Assembly: GCA_002269645.1 (NCBI GenBank)
Contig: NIVC01000677.1
Span: forward strand, 186,001 to 250,000
DNA: 64,000 nt
Direction of reading: 5' to 3'
From: Macrostomum lignano
Taxonomy: Eukaryota
A model generated the notes under the pieces. The model saw nothing but the letters and a program-made list of their open reading frames with translations, was not told the origin of the DNA and ran no database searches. Position 1 is the stretch's first letter. Every line of letters begins with the position of its first letter. Made by a program: the position numbers and the translations under genes. This document shows positions 12,446 through 23,500 of the stretch, one piece after another.

Positions 12446-14694
12446 GGCGGCTTTTCTGCAGCTTCAAGTCTCAGTTTGGGTCGCGCAGAGGCTCCTGGCA
12501 CTTCTTGTAGCCTGGAGAGGCAGTGCTTTGTATTCGTGCCCTCGTACGCAGCCAAAAGTGTCTGCCTACTCCCTGGCCACACCAGTGTACGCTTGGCTGG
12601 CTGGGCCGCGAAGGCTTCTCTCTCTATTGGCTCGTATTTGAACTCCGCTTCTGCACGGCAGATTGCTGAGGCAGCCGTTTGCAGTGCAGTTCATTCCGAA
12701 AAAGAAAACAAGCCTTCCAATTCTCTCTCACTCTATTAGCCTGTGCGTTTTTGCTGCGTATCTGTGCGCACCATCTTTGCGATACCCATTTGCCGAACGA
12801 GCTCTCTAGGTGTGCGCTGCAGTGCTGCGCTATCCTACCCTATCTCTGATGTTAACTGCCCAGCAGTTGTTGGAGTAACATTTATAGCTTTATTTAAAGC
12901 TGATGTCAGTGCCTTAGCAAGCATTTAATTCAACATGCAAGCAGTTCTTTTAGAGCAAAGTAGAACTTTGAATAAAAATATTGAGAATTTTTATCCTCGT
13001 CTTCTTATAAGATAGACCTTTTATAATACAAACAATAGTCATTATTAGATGCATATATTACAAGAAATGTAAATTTAATGGACGCCATAATGCAATTTTC
13101 CCATCAACCTGTTTTTAGCTTCACCTTCTGTTTTTGAGATCGGCTAAAGGCTGCTGTTTTGAGTTCGCATCAAAACTAGAATTTATCTAAACGCGGTGCA
13201 TTTAGACTCAGCTCGTTTTAGAATTTTTTCCTTTCCGAACACTAGATGGAACGGCACTTGCTGAGCGCAATATGCAACTGCTTCCGGAGCTCGGGAAGTT
13301 CCGGTTGGCTAAATACTGCAGCTATTTCCCCTGTTCCGCTGGCAATCAGTCTCTCGACAGGGGAGAGTGGAGCCTGGCTCTGTGAGTCAGCTTTAGCGGA
13401 AGCCCGTTCGCATGGCAGGGAGATGGGTGCGATATGGACAGCGAGCCATTCTCGGGATACAAAGTTTTTCTAAGCCAAGCCGATAGCCGAACTGCTGTAT
13501 AGAATAGGGAATGACACACGGAGTCGTCGCTGGGGCGGATGTCAGCCATTTCGAGGCTAATTAGCATAATTATTCCACAAATCGTTCGGCCATTTTAGCG
13601 CGCAGGCGCGAGCAGAAATCGCCTTAACTTTCGCTCCCAACTGACTCTGGTAGGGGGGGGGGACACGCGTGGGAGCGGGAGAAGGGAAGAGATATCGGGC
13701 CAGAGTCAGGGCCCGCCCAGCCGACCTCCAATTGGGATGGTGATCATCGGGCGATGGATCGCTTCCGCTTTGGGGAGGACGGTTTCGGTGAAAGCAGTTA
13801 TCTGGGCAACATGTGGCCGCGCAGGGGCGCGCAGTCCTCTTGGGCCTGGATTACGGGAGCCAAATCCCCCCCCCCCTATCTCTAGTCCCACACGCTGCAG
13901 TGTAGAATAAGTTGAATAAGAAGAGCCCTGGGGGATGAGAGGAAGCCGCCAAGCCGCCAATAGCAGCTGGCCCGCGAGGCTATAAAAGATGGAGAATCGA
14001 GCTGGGTTGGGACTCGCGCTTGTCAACTGCTGAGACCGTCTGTCGCGCCGGAATCATGTTTACTTGGACAGAGCGTAAGTTTTTATATCGGCGTAGCATA
14101 CTTGTATTATTCAAAACAGGCAGTGGCTGACCTTGATATGTCAAGTTTTTCTGTTCGGCCGTCGCCGACACAGGCCTTATAGTAGGTGCGGGAGTCGTTG
14201 AGACCCCCATCTAAAAGCGCTAGATACCAGAGAATCTTGGCACATCAGACTGCAGCTACGTTACTCTACGGAATTCATTTTCCTATGCATATACTCGATG
14301 CTTACTACTGGCAGTAAGGATACATATTTCGATCGCTGCTACCTATAATCCCGGGGATGATTTCTGTTTGTCATTGCTATATGCCTTCTAACGGCTCTAT
14401 AGCTTCATTTATAATTTAAACAGGAAATGCAGTTTTCAAGCTTCGCTCTGCATCTGTAAGTTTTTGAATTGAAGTGGAGCAACAAATTGGCACCTGCAGC
14501 AGGTGTGCAGCTGAGAGGCCAGTCAAATACCGATGGCAGGCTTTGATAGGCACTGCCCCCGCTAACTGCCCGATAAGGTGCAGTTTCGCTGTAAACAATC
14601 CATCAGGCTGCAGGTTAATAGATGCTTAGAAAAATTGTTCAAATCTTGCTCGCTCGGCAAGAAGTTTGTTATCCGCGCAGCAGCCGAAGTCAAG

Positions 14695-17600
14695 ATGGCT
14701 CAGGCCAGCTCCAATGCCGTCCAGGAGGACCGGGACTTCCTGTCCAGGGAGATCAAGCGATTCTACGCCAATCGGGACCAGCTCAGAAAGACTCTGCAAG
14801 AGACACAGGAGTTCGTCGAGACCAGGTTCGCGCAGAATCTGTCAGCCGAGTTCTCCAGTCTGGTCATGCAGAACCTGCAGTTGGACAGCGTGTGGCAGCT
14901 TGTCAACCGGCTCTTCAACGGGCACCGCGGCGGCTCCGATGGCAGCAGCCGGCCGTGCATCATCATCGCTGGCCAGACCAAGTCCGGCAAGAGCTCCTTC
15001 ATTAACGAGCTGCTAGGTTGGTAGTCAAAGCAGCCGGACCTTAATGTCCTGGTCTTGATTTTGTTAAAATCAAAAAATCGTTTGTATCTTTACGAATCTC
15101 TTCATTCTTATTCTCGTTTTTGGGCTCAGTTTTTAACAAAAAATTAATAATAATTGATTACACCTGGCCGAACGGGCAGATGTGCAACCGACAGCTCAGC
15201 CGCAGCTATTGCGCGGCGCATCTGAAGGCTGCGTACGGCTGTTCAGTCCAAGGACTGGGGGGTCGCCACACACAGCCTCAATTACCCCAGCTAATGCTGG
15301 CACCCATTTTACAGCTGGGTGAACTGAAGCAATGCAGAGTTAAGTGTCTTGGTCAAGGTCAAAAATTGTTCCGAGTGGGTCGAGAATCGAACCCCCGACC
15401 ATTCAGTCGCGAGTCCAACACTCTAACCACCAGGCTACAACCCCAACTACAACTTAACCTGTTTTTCTTCCTATTTACACTATAGAATTACAAAATGTTA
15501 GCTAATCCCAAAGTTTCTTATTTTAATAAACATTTTTGTTAAAAATTAACAAAATAAAATAATCGAATATGCAGGGTGGCCCAGGTAACGCGCCTGATTT
15601 AAAGTAAAACGTTAATAACTTTTGTTATTTGCAACCAACGCGCCTGACAAAAGTTATTAACGTTTTAAATCAGGCACGTTACGTGGGCCACCCTGTATAA
15701 ATTGTGCACCCAACAAGCGCAATTCGCGTTAGTCTTCTGTTATCCAAGCCAGTTCTACAAGAAAATGAATAATTACTGCCTAGTATTTGGCTCTAATGTT
15801 ACTATGCTCGCATTCATTACTAAAACTGTATTGCTATTTAATAGACTTTTGACAGCACAGAGACTTTTCGGATAAGACATGACAAACTGCACAGTGTATT
15901 TGTAAATTCCCTGGATGCCCCTAGGCGGCACCTTCGTGGCCCAGTCGCAGTCCCCGTGCACCGCCCGAGTCACCCGGCTCACCTACTCCGACCGAATCTA
16001 CGTGCTCGTGCGATCCAAGACCGGCGAGCAGATCGGAGACGTCCAGTACCTCGAGAAGCCGACAATCGAGGAGGACCTCGTCAAGCTGAAGGACGAGGAC
16101 CGCGAGAATGATGAGCTCATCAGCTCGACTGTCGAGGCCGGCATCAAGTGCGAGTTCCTGCGACACGGCATCGACATCATCGACTCGCCAGGACTGAACG
16201 AGAACTCGTCTCTGGACTCGCTGACGCTGGGGGCGATCGACTCGTTTCTACCGATCATCATCTACGTCATCGACTCGAATTCAGGCGTTACAGTTGCTGT
16301 AAGAATGTTTCGTGATGTACTTTGATTGCATCGCATATCAAGCTGTTTACCTAGTAATTTTTCTCAACCCCTAGGTTCAGAAGGATCTGCAAACCATTCA
16401 GAAAACAGCTTCGGGAGCAGAAATTCTCTATCTAATCACCAAGATGGATGTCGCGGATCACCTTGCCGCTGAGATGGGTCGTGAGGTGGCAGAGATGGAA
16501 GCTGAAAAGGCCGATCATGTTTTCTCCAAGCTTCAGCGCCTTGGATATATTAGCAAGGATGCCACGAGGCAGTCGTGCAGGAAGTTCTTGTGCGTCTCCT
16601 GCTGGGAGGTGCGGCGATTCAGGCGTAAGAAGGAGATGATTGAGAAGAAGATGAAAAAGTCAAAGACTGCCGAATCCGGTGAGAAGCTGATGTCTGATCT
16701 CGTGAAGGAAATGGAGAACTCAAAATGGGTCCGGCAATTCGAAGAAGTAAAGCGACGAATCCTTCAATTTGCTCAAGATCAGTTCAAAAACCTGATTGTT
16801 GGAGCCGGAAGTAGCCTCAGGGCTGTGCACTGCCAGATTCTCACAATGTTCATGGACAAGGCCCACGACATTAAAGAGTCGAACCAGCGCAAGAAGAAGG
16901 CGCTCTACCAAATCAAGAGCCTGGAGCATGAGATCCACCAGCAGTCTAAGAGCATCGTGGAGCGACACCGCGGCGAGTTCCTGGCTCAGGCAAACAGATT
17001 TTTCGCAGAGAAGAAGCCTCTAATTCTCGATGAGGTGCGATCGATGAGCTATTCGGATTCGGTTATTTCTGAGGGCATGTCTCAGAGGGACATTGAGAAG
17101 AAGTGCATAGAAGAGATTCACACTCTCATTAATGACAGAATAATAGCAACTTTCAGCGACTTCTTGAGGGATAATGTTTTGAGAACTTGCTTCACAGACT
17201 TCGATGATCTTAAGGAAAAGGTTGCAGAGTACGAGAAGGACGTAGAGCAGACACCAGCCTACCAGGTGCTGAAGAAGACACTGCTCGAGGGCTACTCCTT
17301 GTCGTCCAAAGCAATCGTGCGCGGATCTGTGACCTGCTTCATTCGAAACATCGGAAGCACTTTGCGGGCACTGTTGAAGCATCCGGACATCTTCTTGGGC
17401 AAGGCTGTCCAGCACCACAAGTGGAAGGAGCATCAAGCTAGTCAATACCTTAGTAAGTCTTGCACCTTTATGCGCGTACACCTTTTTGAATGCGAACACG
17501 CCCAAATTTATTTTCTTTACAACGTCTAAATTTCAGAAAACATTGACAGAGAAAAGCTTGTCGCCTGTCTTGTATCCAGCATTGGCGAGTGGTTCGACAA

Positions 17601-19377
17601 GAGGCACTCCGACTTTTTGCACTCGATGAGCTACTCGGAAGTGCTCGTTGAGAAGTCGTATCGAATGACTGACCGCGAGCGCAAGGAAATCATCAAACTG
17701 TCGCCGATTGTGGCTCTCCTGCACATGAACGCCTTTGCCATCATCACTCGATACAAGTTTCGCAATCACCGGCTGGACCTGGACAACTGTCTGGGCTCTG
17801 GGGCCCAGGGCCGAGTCTACACAGTACTCTCGCCAACCGGAGAGCCCGTGATGGCAGCCAAGAAGATTGTCACCAACCGGGCCGGGCTGGAGGAAATCGC
17901 GGCCGAGGCCTACTACAGCAGGTGTGCGGGGATTTGAAATGCACTGTTCGTATTACAGCAGCAGAATAGCTCGGGCCAAACTACCTGGGTTCGATTACGA
18001 GTCCAGCCACAGTAATTTGGGGTTCGAGCATGGAAATTGTGACCCGAGGCGGGGACTTGACTTGCCGATTTTTGTCCATGAGGACCAATAACCAAGATAC
18101 TCAAGGGCTGAGCTGTTGTTGAGTTATAACTAGCTGCTTGCCTCCTAGCTAGCTGCGGGTGGACTGTCTTATTCGGCCAAACAGCCCCTCCATGCAATGC
18201 ATTAGCCTCAAGCGAAATCCTAGAGCTAAAATCTGAAGTCTGACTGTCATCACCCTTGCAGCGTTCTCGAGCATCCGAACATCGTTCGGGTTGTTGGCAC
18301 TGTGCTGCTTGAGAATGCCAAGCATAATGGCCAGTGGTCCGTTGAGTTATACATGGAGCTGATGCACTGCGACGCCCTCACCCTGATGGAGCAGCAGCGA
18401 CTGAGTTTGGCTAAAAGACTCTGGCTTGGGTTGCAGATTTCCAAGGCGCTGGAGTTTCTCCACTCCAGCCAGCTGATTCACCGCGATGTGAAACTGGCAA
18501 ACCTTCTGGTAAGAAGTACTGTTTAAAAGTGCCAAAAAGGTTCGATGGAATTAGGTTTAATTGATTCTTGGTGTGGTTAAAGAAAGTTGTGTTGCTATTC
18601 AACTTTTTGCGCATCTGTGCAGCTTGGCAGACTTTTAGTTGCCAACGGCAACTGCAAAATGGCCGAATGCCAGTGTTTTCCAACTATCTCTCAATGTGTT
18701 CTTACTGCCACTTGCAGGTAAACTCAGAGGCAACGGTAGCCAAGCTCTCAGACTTCGGCTTGCTAAAAGGCCAGGGTCTCGTTGGTCACACTCTGGTCGG
18801 CACTCCAATCTACTTGTCGCCGGAGCTGGTGCGGCGCGAGAACTACGGGGTCAGCACAGACATTTTTAGTTTAGGCATCGCCCTGTGGTATCTTGTGTAA
18901 GTTGGGTGTTCGACTGAGTCTACAGTATCAAAGTCTCATGACTCGAGCTAAGTTAGAGTCTCAGATGCACTTTTGTTTATTAAAAAAATTCGTTTGGTTC
19001 GTTCGGTGAAATACTACGGGATATCAGCACTCCCGACATACTACTGGATGATCCAGCATATTTCAACGTTCATAGATACACGTAAAGGATTAAAATACGA
19101 CTTAAACTTCCTTGAAGTCATTTTCCTCAAAAAACACTGCAGCGAGGGCAGCGGCCAGCATCATCCTGACTACGTGACCAACCTGAAGACCGTCGAAGAG
19201 GTGCTCGCTGCCACCTCGGAGCGCGGCTGCCGGCCTAACCGGCTGCCTGAAGCCTCCGACCAGCTGTGGCAGCTCATGGTCCGCTGCTGGGACGAGACGC
19301 CGGCCAAGCGACCGACAGCTGGGCAAGTTTCGGCCAGCCTGGAGGCTATCATAAAAGCACTGGAAGCTGGCCAGTGA
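14695..19377 (+). CDS. DSTYK-like dynamin-family GTPase-protein kinase, paralog B (intact, about 939 aa)
   Basis: Exons 14695-15016, 15925-16298, 16375-17452, 17537-17921, 18262-18508, 18718-18896, 19143-19377 sum to 2820 nt in frame. G1 GQTKSGKS, G3 DSPG, G4 TKMD. Kinase GSGAQG, AAKK, HRDVKLAN, DFG, GTPIYLSPE. C-terminal RP.RLP..SDQLWQLM..CW resembles DSTYK. Confidence 0.9.
15150..15444 (-). mobile_element. tRNA-derived CORE-like SINE (family 1) in intron 1 of paralog B
   Basis: Minus strand has a GGGGTTGTAGCCTGGTGGTTAGAG...GGTTCGATT head, then CCTTGACCAAGACACTTAACTCTGCATTGCTTCAGTTCACCCAGCTGTAAAATGGG, which resembles the MIR CORE. Further copies at 24331, 27325 and 29406. Confidence 0.85.
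15572..15695. mobile_element. 124-bp palindromic Tc1/mariner-type MITE
   Basis: TIR CAGGGTGGCCCA.GTAACG.GCCTGATTTAAA with its inverse ending CCACCCTG|TA. The element is almost entirely a hairpin. Confidence 0.8.
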
Positions 19378-20300
19378 CTTTACAACCAAGGCTGTGCCTA
19401 CCTTGGATTCGCTACTTATAAAGTCGTGATTTTTGACCAATAAAATAATAAACTGCATTGTTATTTAGTTGTATGAGTAGAGAATATTTTTGAAGCAATC
19501 TTGGCGTGCTGCATGCTGATGCGAATGGAAACTTGAGCACCCGACCAAACTGACTCCTATCTAGTAACAAATTCTGAGACAGTCCATCCCATCCGGGTCC
19601 AACGGTCCATCCTTTGGGCTCATAATAAATAATTCTTGACTGAGAATGCCAGTCTTAGTCCAATAAGAGTCGAATAATACGTAGCCTAATGGTCCAAAAC
19701 ATACTTCACTACAGTCAGGACCTTTTTACCCTTCGTATGTTTTCAAATCGTTCGGCTCGGCAGGAACAGCTAAAATCCATCTAACTACGAGTGTAGCGTG
19801 AATTGCATGATGAAGCAAAATTTGTTTTGCTGAGACCGTAAATTTAAGTTCCACTGAAAACTCTAGAAGTGTATCAAGTAACGCTGCAGTGCATACTTGC
19901 AATGTCATTACTTTCTTTGCTCATATTTTTCGTTTTTAAAGTCGATGATTTTCATTACAATTTCGTTGAAATTATTTTTCACTAGTATTGTTTGAAATAT
20001 TTGATGAAATTGCTATTCAGACTGCGTCCAAGATGACGCTCCGATGGATAGCACTGCGATAAAGAGTTTATTTCAATATATTATGAATAATGAGCTAAGT
20101 TGGACGCAGAGCAATGAATATTTCGCGTCAAACTTTCTTTTGCAGTCTTTTACGCTATGTAGTAATAAACCTACAAGCCTACAAGCTTCAAGTTGCTTGC
20201 CTGAGATTGCTGAATCCTGTTTACTAAGGAGCTATACTGTAGATAAGATATGTGTAGTATATACGTTACCATTTCGAGTCGAATCTCTTTGCAGAGGAAA

Positions 20301-20330
20301 GAGAGAGAGAGAGAGAGACGGAGAGAGAGA
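20301..20330. repeat. (GA)n microsatellite
   Basis: GAGAGAGA run read directly. Confidence 0.9.
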
Positions 20331-20514
20331 GGGTCGGAGCTGGTGTGCGTTGAGTTGCACAGAACACATCTTGGTGTACACTATAGCTACCTGTCTCCGA
20401 ACCCTTTCTCTCAATCTGACAAGCTAACAGCAGCAACAATATCTGCCCCATACAGTGTACGGCAATTTTATGCATTATCTCTCTCACCTGCCTGCACAGA
20501 TCGACAAGCAGCAA

Positions 20515-23500
20515 ATGGCACAGCTATCAAACTATCTCGATCAGTTTTTGCTTAATCGTCAGAGGCTGGCCAATGCGCTTGATGAAGTGCGTTGTCTAGT
20601 GGAAGAGGCGAGGCAGATAGTAGCTGCGACATCAGCTAAGCGGTTGGAGGCGGTTGCGAGCGAGGTGGAGAAACTGCTGAGGCTGAGGGGGCGGCGTGGC
20701 AGACAAGGCGATGCGGAGTGTCGCGTCTGCTTGTTGATTGTCGGCCAGACTAAGGCCGGCAAGAGCAGCTTCATCAATGAGCTGCTGGGTGAGGAGACTG
20801 GGTACTGAGTGCTTATTGGGGCAAAGTTAATATCCTAGTTCAGCACAAAACTAAAGTATAGATACGCTCGTAAAAGAACAGCTACGTAGGTACCGTAAGG
20901 ACCCTGTCCATAGAAGAAATGTCAGCTCGAGCACCGAGTGCAATTGATAACTTGCCAGACCAGTCGGCTTGATGGGAACACAGAGAAATCCCATCCTAGA
21001 AACGCCGATTTCAGCGACACAATTCTGAGCGAATTCTGAGACTGGGAGCTCAAGGGAGGGACCTGACTGCGGTGTCCCAGCGATTTCAGTCGACCTGTTC
21101 CGAGCTTTACTTTTGTCTCCGTATCGGTTAAATCGCCTTTCATAACTTTTAAAGAATATTGATTCTGAAACACGCTACATCAATCCTCTGTCCAGGCCAG
21201 CAGGTGTTGGCCCAGTCGCAGCATCCGTGCACAAGCCAAGTGGTGCGGATCGTGCACTCAGCGGAGCCCTTCGACAGTCCCATTGAAGATCCCGAAGCCA
21301 ATGGCGAGCTCTCGCCGGCGGTCATCGGGCGGCCCAGCGAGTTTCTTCTGGCTAGCGGCCTGGATCTGGTGGACACGCCGGGCCTCAATGAGAACGCGCG
21401 ATTGGACGAGCTCACATTGAGTGCGGTGGATGCCTTCCTGCCTCTGGTTGTCTACGTTATCAATGCCAACAATGGCGTGAGCCGCATGGTGAGGGTTCTG
21501 TTTCTGTTCACATTTCCACTAAAATAACTACGCTAAAGTCACAAGCTGCAAATTGCGAGTCTATTTCAGTAATTTACTCTCGATTTAAACCCACAGGTCG
21601 AAGCCGACATTGTCAATCTGCAGACCAGGGTAGGCGGCCCGGACAAGTTATTTTACCTGGCCACGCACATGGATATTGATGATGGCGACATCTCGGCCGG
21701 GTGCGGCCGCACCAGAGAGACACTGGAGCGAGAGAAGCTACAGCGCCTGCTCGCGGGACTCCGGCGGTTAGGCTGCATCATCGAACCGGAATCTGGGAAG
21801 CCAGTGGATTATGGCAAAAATCAGTATCATAATCAGCACAGTAGCCAGCAGGTATCAGAGCCGCCATGTTCGGATCAATTTTGCTGCATTTCCAGCCGCA
21901 TCGTGGCCACAGTTAGACGGCGCCACCGACGCCAGCAGCTCCGCATGAAGCAGCTGACGATAGCTAGCGATGACGAGGCCCGCTGGCTGGAGGCCTTCCA
22001 GTTGGCGAAGTCGTCGCTTTCTTCATTCGCGAAACGTCGTCTGACTGAACTTCCGCTAGAGGCAGCCACCAGCCTCCGTCGAGCCCTGCTGGATTACTTG
22101 CACAAGGACCTGGATGAGGCGGCCTCCTTGGCTAGCGAGGAGGCCTGCTACAGGCGGCGACTGACTCTTCTGGACGCCGGGCACGCGGCGGTTTGCCTTC
22201 TAGCCGACTCAGAGTCCGCGGCATCCGGTGCAGCGACCGCACGCAATCTGGTTCGATGGCTGACTGCAGCACTGAAGCAACGGTGTAGCGAGTTGGCGAA
22301 GGCATCAGCCGGAGCTGCGGAGTCTCCTTCCAGATTGGAGCTACTAGACAGTTTAACCGACCGGATTGGCGGCGACTTCGACTTCGCTCTGCCTCGACTG
22401 GCCGACTGTTTCCAGCGCGGCGTGTCGCTGGCTAAGCAAGTTGAAGAAGCGGCTGGTGGCGAGGGCCCGCAGAAACTCGTGCCGGCCGCCACAGAAGGAT
22501 TCCGTGTGCCGGAGCGGAGCCTGCGGCGCCAATTGGCGGAACTGTTGCTTGATGATGGCTGCAAGCCGCCGAAAGGATTGTCAAGGCTGCGACTACGACC
22601 GAAGGTGCCATCGAGGGATGCAGATTTGAGACGGCTGAATGTGGAGGAGTTTCTTGGTGAGGAAGTGACAACTGTGTGTACTCAAAATTATTTAATAAAA
22701 GCACTCTGCCGTATTGTATAGTCAGTAAAACTCAGTATGCACTGTAATATTTTGGGTTTTTGAGCCTAAATAGCCAGTTCAGATTAGAACTGGCACCCAG
22801 AGTAGGAGTTTGCTTGGAAAATGGGATGGAAGCTATCTGATAGCATCTAATATCTGAGCAAAGTACAATGTAACCAACTCATACGTTTAAAGTAATTTTT
22901 TTAGCATATCGCTGAAAAGGAACTGAAAACTGCTAGAAAGCCAGCACTGATGCAGATCACTGCTACTCAACCGCAGGAAAGCTCAAACTGAATAAACTGG
23001 CCGACCGAGTCCTGCAGGACCTTCGCCGCTGGTTTGAAGAGCTGCACAGAGGAATTCTGGCGGCAGTGCAGGCCGCTGAAGACCGGGTCCAGCTCGACCT
23101 TCGAACAGCGATGGACAGACGGCGTCTCAGTCTGGCTCTGCTGCCGCTATGCTTGAAGATAAGTCTACAGCTGGACAGCGTCGCGACCGAGTACGGAGAA
23201 CTGCAGCTCTGCGGAGGCGAATCCGACGAATGGAAGCTGGTGGCATCCGGGTCTCAAGGCAGCAAGCTTTACCGCTGCGGCGGAGACCTGGCCGTCAAGG
23301 AGATGATGCTCAGCGACAGACAGCTGGGCGAGATTGCTCCCGGATTGCACGTCAGTCGGTAGGTGGCAATTTTCACTTGCCAATGCCTAGGCGGCCCATT
23401 TGACTTTATTAAAGCGCCTGAAACTCAGCTTTAAGTGCAGAATAAAGGCATGGACAGCTGAAGTACAGCTAAAAGGACCACCGTACACACTCTCAAGGTG

